DNA of 64,000 nucleotides, taken from assembly GCA_035084275.1 (NCBI GenBank), contig CM068750.1, positions 12,834,001 through 12,898,000 on the forward strand, given 5' to 3'. Both the position numbers and the translations under genes were made by a program. Each line of letters begins with the position of its first letter. Within the stretch, counting starts at the first letter, position 1. Under the pieces are notes generated by a model, which ran no database searches, was not told the origin of the DNA, and worked only from the letters and a program-made list of their open reading frames with translations. Below are positions 48,717-63,077 of the stretch, piece after piece. The DNA comes from Hydrolagus colliei. Its lineage: Eukaryota.

Positions 48717-51700
48717 TAAGAGTTGCCAACTGATGGACTTTCTGACATACTAGATAAATAAAGTCGATCGAGACCAGAGTGGGATTTCTCCCCATTCACC
48801 TCATAAGCGCCTTGGGAAGTCTTTCCAACGTGAAAGGCGCAAAACAAATATAACTTTGTTGTTGCTGTTGTGGTAATGTTAGATTCCTTTGTCCAGTGGT
48901 TTGAGAAGCCCGGGGTGTGTATTTTTTACACGCACACTCCAATAATTCAGAGTGAAACATGAACTCAGCTCTCATGGAATTGGACTATCGGTTTCCACCT
49001 TATCAGCTCACTGAATGTAAATCATTTTGAGCAGCGGAGACACCGATCTCTGAAGTTTATATTACACAGCCCATTTGAAAGGTCTCTCTTGGTTCATTTC
49101 ACACTGGAGGACTATTTTCATTACGTCATTTGTTACTTTACTTTGGAGTGTTGTAGCTGTTGATTTTGCAGCCAGAGTGCAGGGAGCTTACCATTGCAAC
49201 TGGCAAAGTGTTTCATTGAAATTCAAAGTAAAACAAAAATTTGAAAGCACCCACGCCGCCGTTTTAATCTTTTTTGGCCGTTACTCTTTGGTTGATTCCA
49301 GTGACATTAATCAAAACAGAGTCTGGGTTCCTCATTGTGAATATAATGCGTGTAATTAAATTCTTATTCGTATTACAAATTGATTTAATTTAATCACTTT
49401 TGTTTTCTCCAAATCGTCATTCCTACAGCTTCTACATGAACCGGATCATGGTTGGATTCTCACAGATCTGTTGTATTGTTGGCTTTGCATTTTTCTGTTT
49501 AAAAAGGTCGACGTTCAGATAAAAAGGTTCCACTATCAGCCTGACGCAGACAGACATTCATTAGGGCCCATTATGACTCACGCTTGCCTAGTTTCTACTT
49601 TCAGCGATAAAGCATCTGTATCCCTGCACCATCTTGTCCCAAATTTGCACAAGTGTATTCACAGAATACCCCACAGAGGCTACACGTAAAGCGTTTTTTT
49701 TGTTCAGATTCAGGGATGTTGGAATGACGCTGCAGAATGAATGTGAAGCTTGACAGCGTCTCCTCGCCGAAATCGTGGGAATGTTTCCCTGCTTTTTCCC
49801 AAGTGTACAGCCTAGAGGCTGTTTATTATGTGAGGAGCGGACTGTGTGAGGTTTCACAGTAGCGGCAGCAGTAGGAATGGGGGGAGGCTGGTGAGCAGTT
49901 GGTCGCTGGTAGCCAGTGAGAAAGGCCAGGCCAGCTGGGCTGTACCTCGCTCAGGGAAACTGCAATCAAAGAGATAAGAGTTGACACGCAATTCCATCTG
50001 GGATCTTACCTCGTCCTTTTTTATATATACAATAGTAAAAATGTTAAAATGCCAAAAGATTATCCTGAAAATATATCTAAATACGGCAGCATATTTACTG
50101 GCTATCAAAATTTACACATTTCATTTCATCGCTGCCACTCTTAGTGCTGTCAGCAAAAGAATGACAAAATAGACCGTGTTGAGCTTTCGAGAGACACACG
50201 CAAGGAAAAAAAAAATCCAATTTATTTGGCATTTTGCAGTAGTGTGTTGCTGAAAATCCTATTATTGTGGGTGGTGTTCAGGCCGTGATAATGTAAGGTG
50301 TTGACTTTCTTGAACACTTGGTTTGATGGGTCTAGATACCTGTGAAAAATTGTAGACTTCAATACTCGCTGCAACAATATTAGGTTCAATACCAGGTTGA
50401 AAATTGTAGACTTCAACACTGGGTTGAACAGCCATTGTATATACACACACATACACATACACTCTATCGCTGCCACTTCCAAGCTTCCACATTGCCATCT
50501 GCTGCGCTTGTGAAGCTCTCCGTTAGATTGTTGTCTTAATTACATTTCAGTTACTATTTATCCAGCAGTTATTGTGTTCACAATAACTTTCCATCTGCTT
50601 GTCAGAACATAAAAACGTGTGCTTTCGTGTGGAGGCTAAGAAACACGAGGAAACTGAAAAATCTCGTTGCGATTTCAATTTGTTTCATTCCCGTTCAACA
50701 ACTATCTTTTTTTTTGTCCGATAGATTTAACGTTTCCCTGAATATAACACTTTTTATCATGTTCATTAAAAAAACTAACCCGAGGTAGCCAGGCGCCTCG
50801 GGAGGTGATGCGCGTTTATAACTGTGTCAGAGCAATCAATAATGGATGGAGACCGAGGTCAGTTTCAGACATACACACAAAGCTGAGAGCCTTCGCTATT
50901 CGCTTTAAACTGTAAATATGCTCCACGTAGTCACATTACGCTGATGCCAGTGCATATGCATCGCTGAGGTGTGTCACATCTCCACAGTCTTGCTATGAAA
51001 TGATAGATACCCCGCTTACCGACCCATCTCCTCAACAACAAGTCTCCCTTTAACGCGATGGCAGCAGTTGCAATGCAAGTGTAACACAGGGGAGGACTTT
51101 GGTCGCTACGCTTTTATATGTGGCATTTCTTAACCTGAATCTATTGGCTTTCCTTCTACATCAACTTTTCTTCTGGAGAAACTTGCGACTGCGAATCATC
51201 AGTCTTACTATACTTACCGAAGGCCTTCACAGTTTTAGTCTATTGACAACCGAAACAAGTACCTCTGTACTTTGAAATACAGGCACAGTTCAGAGATCAT
51301 ACGTTTTGAGATCAGAGTATCCGATTATATGCCTCCCCAATACTAATGTGATTTTGTTGTTGTATATTTATAATGTTTTCTATCCCATAATTTCGCCTAC
51401 AGAATACACTGTAGATGTAGGTTACCATATATTCTTTGCAACGACGTTTCAACGACGCGAGAAGGCGTCTTATCAAATGCGCGGATTTCATATTTTTCCT
51501 CTTATTAGTTTTATTTGTACATCTCCAGTTACATGCGATTCTGAATTCCTACATATAGTACTCACATTGAAAGATTGGAGGTGTGTATGTTTGGGTTGGA
51601 GATGGGGGTGGGTGGGGGAGAGAGAGAGAGAGAGAGTGTGGAGAGGCTTCCAATACATTTATTCTTCAGATGTTACTATGCAAGTATGTAAGTTGTGATC

Positions 51701-53912
51701 TGGTGTGAGTACAGCGTGTGGATAGATTTTTCACACAGGGCAGCTGCTGCTCTGTGCTGGAAGCTCCCACTCACTGTTCATTCTCCTGCTGTGGAGCCAT
51801 GACGAACTCCTCTCATCTCTGACCACATGATGCACTTGTCTAGCGGACACCCCGCTGTTCTGGATGAGCACTTTCACGTTTGTTTTCTGCCAATTACGCT
51901 TCCTGAAATAAAAACAAAAGAAGAGCAAAATGAAATGGCTTTGCTGAGGGGGGAACGCCTCGACTGATATCTTGTTTAATTGGTTTCTTTCTATTCGGGG
52001 GTTGTTTGGTCGGTGTGGCTTGATATCTATGTTGTTGTGTGTGTCACCAGAATGAAACCGAGCTGTGCTCTGCCATACAAGCCCTGTGCGAGCACTTTAG
52101 GGATTAAAACCCCTTTCTTCGCTTTGTGTGCAGTGACAGGCCTTTTCTCCATAGGTGCCAATTATAAGATTATTATCAGCTCTTCAATGTTAGCAGAGTC
52201 ACGCAGACGGCTGAGCTGACAAATTACTCCTTAGATAGCGCTGTACAAAGACAAGACAGACAATACATCATCATTTACCCTACCCAAGGCTTATTAATTA
52301 CATATTAATAGGAGCGGCGCCGTGTGCATTGGAATTGCCAGCAACAAGGGTGTACGTTTCCTTATCAAAAGCCGACGTCTGTGCAGTGCTGGTGTTCCAG
52401 TAATCCGTTTTCATCGTCTAATAAGAAATATTGACAATTAACCGTGTCACAGTAAACACACAGGGGAGGGGAGGCAAACTTGCCTTTGTTAAAAAACCAA
52501 ACCAAACGTTCAAAATATTGCCCCCACCCCGCCTTTCCTTATTGGAAATACCGAGTAATAAACAGGATGCCTCTTTTTTTTGGTGTGGGTGGGGGGGGGG
52601 GGGGTATTTTGGGGACAGTGGCCAGTTGTTTATCACAGGCGACTTGTCAAAAAAAAAGTCTAAAAGATTATATTGTGAATCAGAAACTGTGTACAGATAC
52701 AGCAATAATGGCGTGAACCCAATTCAAGAATGCCGCCCCCTGAATACCGCTCACCCGCTCTCCACAATGTGAATTAACCTAATAGCTATAGCAAGAAAGG
52801 CACAAACTAGCCAATTTTCAGCTCAGTTGTTCCCAGTGAAAGGGCATGAAAGTAATCTGGTGTATAAAATGTTCCTTTTCCCTCAAGACTGTCCACGTAG
52901 TTATGTCACTGTTAATTTCTTGGGGATTAAATTATCCAGAACTGTTTAATGTAACGCTCTTGTGACTTCTTGCAGTCATACATTTTCCTGAACATCAACG
53001 CTTCTGATGGCACTTCTATTATTTATGTGCAAGACCTCCCCCCATTCTTCAATATTACTCTGGCCCCAAGTGTCTTACAAGCCACTCTTTATCTTTGTAC
53101 AGAACTGCTGATGTGGAATTGCTTTCATTATTGTGGTGGTGTGTTTTTTCAGCCTAGCTCTTCTCCCCACCAGCACCTCCCCTCCCACCCAACGTTCATC
53201 ACTGTTAACACTTGCTCTTCCCTTTCAGTGTGAGCAACTGCTGCTTGCCTTCATACAAATGGTTTCTGTGAATCTGACAGCCTGTGTCTGTCTGCCTGTC
53301 TTGACTCTCACGTTAAACACAAGACGAACGCGTCCACATCCTTTTGTTCAGCTGTGTTAAAACAGCATTTCTCAATGAAACAGCTACCTCTGTTCCACAG
53401 CCACTCATCCGGATAACCTACCATGTGCTCCCTTTAGACTGGAAAGAATGCTGTGCAAACCCAATATTTCATCTAATATTTTCTTCATTAAAATTAAGAT
53501 CTTTATTTTGGGGGGGAAATCTCCTTTGCGCTGCTTAAAATCTTTTCTGGGTCAATTCTACATGAAATCCGAGCTTGTGTAATTAATTCACTCAGAGAGA
53601 GAGAGAGAGAGAGAGATATGCTGGATACCTTTTTATCACAAATACAATCTAATTTCATTTCAAACGTAATATAACCACAAACCTCCCCATAAAAAGAATG
53701 CTTGTATATATTTATCTCCAGAGAGAGGGAGAGAGAGAGAAAAGGAGAAAGAACGCGTGACTTTTAGATCTTTTTGAGAGACTCTTTTTGTTAAACATAC
53801 ATGTATTGAGTGTTTCAGGCATATATTTCTCTGTTGGGAGCCGGGTGCCGCCTAAGCCTCAGACAGACACTGAAGGATTAGGGTCGATCCCGAAAGGATC
53901 ATCAGGCGATGA

Positions 53913-53940
53913 TTCAGCACCAGGGGGTATGGACAGCTCC
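53913..53940 (+). promoter_or_regulatory. Non-canonical (9-nt spacer) REST/RE1 site
   Basis: TTCAGCACC-agggggtat-GGACAGCTCC: both half-sites near consensus. Confidence 0.65.
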
Positions 53941-54439
53941 AGTATCTGCAGGCACCAACAGGCAAAGGGATTAGAGCTGGCGTCTTAATTAAATTTTAAT
54001 TATTGCTAATTAGAGTCACTGTTCCTTTGGCCTTGCCAACACGACACGTCAAGTTATGATAGTGCTTCTTGGAGTCGAAAATAAAACATGTTCATAAGAT
54101 AATCTCAAATGGTAAATAAAGCCATCCTTCCGTAAAACATTGACTGAAAACCAGCCTACGATGCAGACATTATACTTCTTTGCGAATCGTGTGTAATGCT
54201 TTGAGACATCTTCCGGATGTGAGATGTCCTATGTCAAAAGCCAATAACTAATTGTTATTAGTATCCACAACAGGTTACTCGATGTCTGTAAAATAGACTG
54301 ATTACTGTTTCTTGTTTCCATTTTAGTCATATCCCAAAAATTCAACTCCCCGCACCCCCCGCCCCCTTTCAGATTCACTTTGATTCATAGTTTGAGCACT
54401 GGCAGCATTAAGTCAATAATCCTGGCATTTGGTATTCAA

Positions 54440-54725
54440 ATCAGGAGGATGTCTCAAAGTGCTTCTTGGTGTAGTGACTGTATTTTGCAGGCAAATTTGT
54501 GCACAGCAATGTCCCTCAAACAGCCATAAAATGAATGGTCATATTTATCTTGAGGATAAATTTATGCTGACAAGGACACCAGGAGAAATTGCCTTCGCTT
54601 ACTGAATACAAATGTAATTTTGTTGAATAGTGCAGGTGGGAATTTTAACTTCCACCTGAATTGGCAGACAAGTGTTCATTCTAAAGTCCTTTCTGAAGGA
54701 AGGCACATTTGGTAATGCAGAGCAA
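54440..54725 (-). mobile_element. Deu-domain SINE relic
   Basis: gcaaatttgtgcacagcaatgtccctcaaacagc..gaatagtgc..ccacctgaattggcagac..tctgaaggaaggcac; a further partial copy lies at about 56455-56590. Confidence 0.65.
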
Positions 54726-57066
54726 AAATTGCAAAACTGAAAAAAAAACTTGTGGATGATAGGTGATATTAGAAAACAAATATGCCCATGTCACTCCCAG
54801 ATGCAAGACTGGAAACAGTGATGTATAAAACATGTCTCTACTCCAATTAGGTATTGAGATCCTTCTTGAAACTCTGATAGATATTGTCGTTTTATTATTA
54901 TAAAAAAAAGGAAGATAGATATCTTCATAGAATAATATTATTATTTGTCTGGATTAAATTGTTGATTTTGTACTCTAGCATAAACTGAGAAATGATTCAG
55001 GTTCTGAAATGTGAAATATGGACCTTATTGCAAAGGAGCAAGAAACAAGAGATTATGTTGAAACATCATTCAAAATATTTACACAGATTTTATTAACTAA
55101 AAACAGAATCTAATCTGTGGTTTCTACTGTAACCAAATGATATGCACATTTTTTGATGGGTGTGAGTATCACTTCCATATTTTCCTATGGTGTTTCTTAA
55201 CCCAACAGCAAAAACAAAACCATCTAATTAGTCAAACTAAGGTTCAATAACGTGCATTGTTTAAATAAAAAAAGAATTTTACAATGCCACAAATTGTCCT
55301 TAAAATAAATCTAATACCACAGCATATTTGCTGGAATTATTTGTAGTCATCTGAAAGGCTATCAGAATCTATCTGCAGTGCTTATGAAGAATGGGCCATT
55401 CCGGCCTGTGAAATAAACTTGGTGATACTCTTACTTCAGTGGAACAATCGTAAATCGAGTTCCATTTTACATGATTGGTGTAATATATCAGATCTTGAAT
55501 GATAGGCACTATATAGATGCACATTGCTGTCATTGTTTCAACAAAAAAAGTTGCAAAATAATGCTTATAGGTAATTCCGATAGATTAACTTAGACACAGC
55601 TAGTTGAGGTATATGACATTGAAGAACAGTGTTTAGACTTACTGCAGTGGATTTGATATTTTCAAAGATCATTAGAATTGAGCCTCCCTTATTTGCCAAT
55701 GTGTGAATGCAGCACGGTGAGCTTCCACTAGCTTTTCTTGAAGAGTATTTTGTATTTTGCAAAATTTTCCATTTGAAGGATGTTTCTTTTATTATTATAT
55801 CTCATTTTCGGTTTGATATTCTGCTTGGTTATATAGAACATTTACTTTCCTTAAATGATGTTGTCATGTGCTATTCGGAATGAACTCAAAATTATGGCAT
55901 ATGCTTTTTTTCTAAAGGGATTTGACTGCATTCTTTCTTGTATTTAATCTCTTCAGATAACATGAGAACCATCTGCTCAGATAAGCAAATGACAAGTTAA
56001 TGTTTAACCAAAATCATTGTGAAAGGTTGTCAAGCTCAACATAGCATGTACTTACATATGTCAGTTGTCAGATAACCTCATTCTACTAAACATTTCAAAT
56101 AAAAATTCAGACAGAAAATTATCATGTAAAGTTACCAAAATAGTCATTTCAAAAATTGTTGGACTGTTCTTTAATACCATAGTAAATGCATCTCTTCCTT
56201 TGTTCATTTGATGTATAAAGCCACAATATAGAAATAATTTACATTTTCATGACACCTTATCATAATGAAATGCTTCACAAGTAATTATGATCAAGTGTGG
56301 TGACTTCCTTTTTCTAGGCAAATGTAATATGAAGTGGCTGACCAATTAATTTGGAGGATTGTTGGAATGAAGAGATTTCCTGCACATTTCAAACAGTGCC
56401 TTGGAATCTTTAAATCTGAATATATCTGAACATCTTTCTCATAAATCAGCACCCACAAATAGACAGCACTTCCACAGTGCTGCATTGGATTGCTAGCCTG
56501 GATTCACGAGTTGAACTCTGAAATAGCGCTTGAACTCTCAATCTTACGATCAAGAGACAAGAATGCACCTACCAACTGAGTCAAACACCCAAGAAAAAAT
56601 GCATAGTTACATAGATTCCCATGGCAGGAAACAAGCTATTTGGCCTAACGAGTCAATGCCGAAATACAACTCAATACAGCATTCACTCAATGTATTTTTG
56701 CTTATCTTTAATAGCACATCATGTTGATTTTTTTTCAAACACTGAGATCATTAAATGCGCCAGCTGCAATCCAAACATCTTTCATGCCACTTTGATTTAT
56801 TTCAAATGCAAATCTAACAATAAAACAGTAAATATCATTATCGTGCTTGAAATAGTAGACGGTGAGGCTAGTGGAAGTTTATGAAGGTTGCCCAGTTTAC
56901 AATGGGTAAAATATTCCTTGTATTTGATAAAGAGTCTTTCATATTGGAAGGGTGTCTCAAAGCAATGTACACTGTAAAGGGTATTTTGTGTAAATATTTG
57001 TCTACAAAATACAGTCACAACACTTCAAAATAAATCCTACAAAGTGCTTCCAGATATTCTTCCAAT

Positions 57067-57292
57067 GTGGAGTCCTGTAGCTCAGTAGCACTCTCCTTAC
57101 AAGCGAGAGAACTGGGTTCGATTCCAGGCTGGATGAAGCGAGAGAACTGGGTTCAATTCCAGGCTGGATGAAAGCTTGGGCAAGTTTCTTTACTACACAT
57201 GCTTGAAAATAATAAGCATATTCTGTGAAGTGCTTTGAGACATCTAGAAGATGTGAAAAATGCTGTATCAAATGCAAGGATTATTATTATTA
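57067..57292 (+). mobile_element. tRNA-derived SINE with duplicated B-box segment and deleted core
   Basis: Head gtggagtcctgtagctcag; 35-bp tandem duplication 57101-57170; tail aaatgcaaggattattattatt. Confidence 0.85.
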
Positions 57293-57981
57293 ATGTGAAA
57301 GGCAAATTGTGAAATAATGGCAGATATCAAATACTTGTTGTACACTATTCATAGCCACATCCATAATAATTAAGAAAAAGGTCTAATTTTTATAAACCTT
57401 ATCCACAAATAAATAGATTAACACATGCTTTTCTGTTTACCTCCATGTTTTGATTTATTTTCCTATAATATCATAATCCTTGTAGCCTCGTTGGAACCTA
57501 AAACAAGTGAAAATCAAATTGGATTGCTAAAATGTTTGCATGTATTTTTATTAATTCAAGACAGTAATTTTACAATAATTTGACTTTGATAACTTAGAAT
57601 AATATTGTTCTACCTAATTATTTGAAATAGTGTATTTCACCACCGCTGTAAAACAAATTTGTCACTATTACCTTATTTAGCCATCTGCTGCCCTTAATAT
57701 TACTCCTCAATAAATATCAAGTAGCCATTTCTCCCTAGATGGACTACAGAATAAATACAAAAAGCCCTTGTATCGTAGTCCAGGAGCTTAGTCAGTAATT
57801 CCCATTTCCTGGGTTCATGTCCAGAGGCTGCCGCTACTCAAATATTGAGGGCCAGCATTTGAGAAGTAAATCATATTCAAAAAGAAAAGGGAGTTTCTCC
57901 CATATCCTGGCCAACAATGCCCTCAAAATAAAAAAATACTGGCTGCCTGCCAAATTCACAGTCAATGCACTTTACCCAGTG

Positions 57982-58359
57982 AACAATAATAATAATCCAT
58001 GCATTTAATACAACACCTTATCATGTCATTGAGATTTTACAAAGCACTTCACAGAATAAAATGTCAAGTGAATTGACTGTATATTTTGTGGGCAATATGT
58101 GGCAGCCAGTTGCACCCAGCAGTATCCCTCAAACAGTAGTGAATTGAGTGACCACATTTTTTGTAAAAAAAAGGGGTTGTTACTGCCGAAAACAATGTGC
58201 CAATTGTCTTGTGGCTGGGTTCGTGCTGTTAGGTAAACAGAGGAGTGAAGTAATGAAAATTTGCTTAAAGTTTTGCCCCGTCCAGGAATCAAACCCTGGT
58301 TCTCCCACTTGCGAGGCGAGCCAATACAATACGTTAACCAATACACTATAGAACTCCAC
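57982..58359 (-). mobile_element. tRNA-derived SINE, diverged copy
   Basis: Tail, core and degenerate head align by eye to the 47880-48180 copy. Confidence 0.75.
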
Positions 58360-59819
58360 ATTGCACCCAGTAACCGGAAAGTTAAATCTTTTGAGGTGTC
58401 TTAATGATGTGATAAAGCATCATATCAAATGCAAGGATCATTATAACAAAGTAGTTTTTCCCCCTGTTCTTTCCAGGAACATTGTGAATTAATAAAGATT
58501 ATACAATCCTTTTTACGTCTCTTATTACAGTTTGCGATAACTGGCCTTGATTGCGAGTCCACAGAAAAACACCTCCTCAGTCCCTGTCACAAAGCCAGAA
58601 GCAAATATCTTTGAAGGCTCCGAAATCTTTCAGTACTCGAGGATGGGGGTTAACATGTGAAATGTGTTTTCCTGTTACAGGGTGCAATGTGAATCAATTA
58701 GCAGCGCACACTCCAATGTGCCAGAACAATGGAGGGGGAGAGTAGAATCTCTTCAGGACTCCACTACAAGACAGACAAGCACATAGGTGACATGTTTATT
58801 CAGTCAGTGGATGAGTATTTGACATGATTACTGTAATCACAGAAATCTGTCTTAATTCCAATAAATAGTTAAAATCAAGCAGCTGCTGGCTCTCATCTTT
58901 GCAGTAAATTTTATTCCATTTGCAGAAACGAGTGAAGAAAATACATTTGAATTTCAGTCACCCAGTGAGAGATGAAAGCTGAGAGTGGAGGTGCTCCCTG
59001 ATGTGCAGCAGTATGACTTGGCATCAGTCTGCCTCATTTACCTGCTTTAGCAGTCTTCCTGCTCCAGAAAGTACCACGCAAGTGTATGAAATAATGAAGA
59101 GAATTTTTGCTCAGAAGCACTTTGTGCAACATTCGAAACCTTAGACAATAGGGGACAAATTGGAGTTTATGCTGCTTCAATTACAGCCGCCTAGCTCTCT
59201 GGTAATTTCAGTAATTTCATAATGAGTGTAGGGCTTGCGGTTCAATATCATTGTGTAGCATAAATGGGGCACAAATTCAAAGGAAAGACTGTGAATACTA
59301 CAGACACAATTCTCATAGTGCTGTCACACTGAGCAGGAGTCGAGTATAAAGGTTAAAGAAATCTGGCTGCACAGCCCTTTGGGCAGGTGAGAAGCCACTT
59401 GCCAGCTGAACGTGTTGAAACAGTGGTTCTGTGTTTATTCTGTGAGCTACCCAGTCCATTGGGAGGATTTTTACTGCTCCTGTGCTCTCTGGGCATCAGT
59501 ACATCCCAGGGTCTGGACTGATCTAGAATCTGATCCATAGATTAGCTTTGTAATGGCCTCCCTCCCCCTACAATCCTACAGATAAATTGGTCATTCACAT
59601 CATGACTGTTTATGGGATTTTGCTGTTGCAAAATGGCTTTACAGTTTGCAAAATACACAACAATAGCAATTACCTCAGACGCACTTTCAAACGTTTCAAT
59701 ATTATACAGAATGCAGTATGTACCGGTATATCAAATTGTAGAAGGATTATAACAATTTACCTATTAAAATGACAGACACAAGCTGAGGTCAGTAGCCTAT
59801 TAATCCTGTTTTCAGATAA

Positions 59820-59995
59820 TAATAATATTTAATAATAATCCCTGCATTTGATATAGTGCTTTTCACATCTTCTATACGTCTTAAAGCACTTCACAGAATA
59901 TACTGTAAAGTGAATTGACTGTATATTTGCAAGTGAAATGCAGCAGCCAATTGCGCACAGCAGTGTCCCACAATTTGCCGTGGATTGAAATAAGC
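59820..59995 (-). mobile_element. 5'-truncated SINE (tail + core)
   Basis: Same tail plus gcagccaattgcgcacagcagtgtcccaca core. Confidence 0.8.
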
Positions 59996-61289
59996 AATTT
60001 ATTATTGGGAGTGGGGGATGGATGGTAGAAGATGACCAAAAGCGCAGTCAAAGACGTAAAGCAGGCTTTGAAAGTTGGAGTGAGGAAGGATAGCAGAGGA
60101 AAGAGAGTCTATGTGGTAGAGACTGAAGAAAATAAGATTTATTTCCTCCTTTTAAGTTTCTCCCCTCTCTAAGTTCATCGCTCGGGTATAATTCCATGAC
60201 ACCGCACACCATTTGATAAGATGCCTAACGCATAACTCATCTCTTAGCAACCCGCCATATTGTGCTTCCTTATAGTTAAAATATCGAAAGTACAAACAAG
60301 GCTTACATTTTATTTTCATTTGGGTACAATTAATTCTGGGGCATTTATCATTCCTTGCAAAAAATAACATCTTTTTCAATTCAAGAAATATCTTATTTCT
60401 TTAACAAAGGGTTTAACTAAAAGCAATTCCCATTTTGTTCTTAGATATAATTTTTATTGATTTTTTAAATCATTTTTAATGCTGTAAATCTTTACTTTAC
60501 CTCCCTAGGCTCATCAAACTTTTCTAATAAAGCATTCTGTTTGGTATGCACCCTGTCGTTCGTGTACAGCGAATGATAGAGCCAGTAGTGACCTTGGTGG
60601 TGGGGATATAATACTTAATGCAAGTGCAAATTAAACACATAGATGGATTTTATCACAGTGAGAATCTCTGCAGTGGCTGGTGATCATTCCTACTGTTAGT
60701 TCTCCATCAAAAATGTTTAGCTTCACTTCATCCAATCGTTACCTTGCACCATATCTTGCAATTAGAATAAGGACTATTATCCAGTTCTCAGATTAACCAC
60801 ATGATCTTTAGTTCCTGTTAATGGGTCACATTGTGTAAATATGCAACATGCAGTGCAATGTCAGACATACGTTATGCTAATAGTTCTACTCACTTCTGCT
60901 CCAACAGATGTCTCACTCGAAGACTTACATTTTATTTGGGAAGTTTGTTAGAGCTATTAGTTGGAACCTGGGAAAATAGAAAAGTCCCCAAATATTTGCC
61001 CCAAATTGTGGGGGAATTGGGAAATTTTGTGGAGATTTGGTCGGTCCTGTTGAGTTACATTTTATTCACTTTATTGACAAAAACTAAACACGAGAAAATA
61101 ATATAGATTAGATTGTAGCCCAACATTTTTATTAATTTCTACTGTAGCAAAACCAGAGTGGCTCATTTGGGGTGAGGGCAATGTGACAGGCCCAAAGGGC
61201 CTAGAGATCCACCAAAAACAGACACACAGGACCAGTGTCCTGACTACAGGCTACAGGAGCTCATCACCTCCTGCCACTCAGGGCTCTGT

Positions 61290-61980
61290 ATTGCACACAG
61301 ACATAGAGACCCAGAGAGAGGGACACAGACTCAGTAGAGACACACACACCTTCAGAGGCACAGAGACCGAGACACACACACACACATGCACACACTCAGA
61401 GACACCAAGAGATACACACACTCACAGAGACACACACTCAGAGACAAAGAAAGAGACATATACGCTTAGAGACACACACACATTCAGAGACACATAGAGA
61501 TGCACACACTCAGAGACCAAAGGACACACACACTCACAGACACAGAGAGACACACACACTCACAGACAAAGAAAGAGACATACACGCTTAGAGATACCAA
61601 GAAAGACACATAAACTCACTGACACAGAGAGACAGATACACATAGAGGAGAGACACACAGAGGAGAGACACACATACACAGATACACTCACAAACACACA
61701 TAGAAAAGATACACTGACAAACTCACAAACACTTATACACAGAGGAGATAGACATATTTACCCAGACACTCACAAACAGACACACATACAAAGCAGACTG
61801 AGACACTCACACAGAACTCAGAAACACATAAAGAAAAAGAGACGCACAGACATACTCACATAGAAACATGTAAATAGACACACAGACACTCTCTAACACA
61901 TAGAGAGAGAGACACTCATATAGAGACACTCACAAACAGTGAGAGACACAAATATAGACACATTCAAACATACAGACAAT
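61290..61980. repeat. Low-complexity CA/GA-rich tract
   Basis: Degenerate gacacacacactcaga units. Confidence 0.9.
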
Positions 61981-62192
61981 CTCAAATAATGGCCCAAATT
62001 ATAACTAAACAGTAAAATGATATATATGTACAGTATTACATAGTTAAAATATATATTATGATCTGTTTTGAATTAATGGCTGAATCTTTAGTTTGGGCTC
62101 AAAAAGGAAACTGAACTGCTTTCTTTGAGGAAAGTTCACACAAAAAACAAAAGAAGATGTCAATTTGCCCCACACGCTGTTGTTCTGACTCA

Positions 62193-62211
62193 TGCTCACT
62201 AGGTGGCGCCA
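62193..62211 (+). promoter_or_regulatory. CTCF-like motif
   Basis: TGCTCACTAGGTGGCGCCA vs consensus CCASYAGRKGGCRS. Confidence 0.55.
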
Positions 62212-62260
62212 CATAGCTTCTTTGTGCAGTGTAAACATATTGTACCTCACTTCACCCCAG

Positions 62261-62262
<2 letters not shown>

Positions 62263-62334
<72 letters not shown>
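62263..62334. repeat. (GT)n microsatellite
   Basis: Uninterrupted GT run of about 72 bp. Confidence 0.95.
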
Positions 62335-62336
<2 letters not shown>

Positions 62337-62700
62337 ATGTTTTTCTCCTTTTTTTTCTCTCCTGAGCATAGTCTCCAAAACACAAATATTAGCCCGGTAA
62401 CGTGAAACTGTACAAACTTTGTGCGGCAAAACACAATCACTTTCCACACGTGAGCAACAGTTCATAATTGCAGGAGGACAGGGACTTTCCTTCGTCACTT
62501 TTTAACATGTTTCATTTCATGAAAAATCAGCAGAAATCGTTTGTGCGTATTTTTAATACTGGAAGTTACTGAGATAATCAAAACAGAACTGTGAGAAGGC
62601 CTCTACTACTGTATCCATGATAACAAACTGCAGACTCCAGCCATTTTTTGGTGATCAGATTTCCTGTAATGTTCCCCTTCCAGATCAATGTTTTCCATTG

Positions 62701-62990
62701 ATTTCATAGAATCATAGAATTATACAGAACAGAAGGAGGCCATTCGGCCCATTGTGTCTGTGCTGGCTCTTTGAAAAGAGCTGTCCAAATCAATCCCACT
62801 CCCACACTCTCTCCCCATAGCCCAGCAAACCTGTCCTCCCAAAATAATTATCTACTTCTCTCTTATAAGTTGTTATCGAATCGGCATCCACCAACTTGCT
62901 GCGTGAACAAGTTTCTCCTCACCTCTCCCTCTGTTTCTTTTAGCAACTATTGTAAATCAGTGTCCTCGGGTTACCGAACCACTCGCCAGT
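62701..62990 (-). mobile_element. CR1-type LINE 3' end
   Basis: catagaatcatagaat tail (ATTCTATG repeat on minus) followed by agaaggaggccattcggccc; weaker relics at about 5520-6120 and 56600-56660. Confidence 0.75.
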
Positions 62991-63077
62991 GAAGACCTAC
63001 TGATAGTCCATCGAGTCCAGTGAATGACTAGTTCATCCCAGAGATCTTTTGATAATGAGTTACCTGACTGGTTTATG

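Noticed and set aside
50344-50420. Short direct repeat aaaattgtagacttcaa twice
   Set aside because: Only two copies, likely a local duplication; not an array and not CRISPR-like in this eukaryotic context
53870-53915. CUGAUGA plus small hairpin on minus strand (hammerhead-like)
   Set aside because: No GAAA after the stem; geometry does not fit. CTGATGA hits near 34865 and 48516 fail in the same way
61183-62498. His/Thr- and Val/Cys-repeat ORFs
   Set aside because: Translations of CA/GT microsatellites
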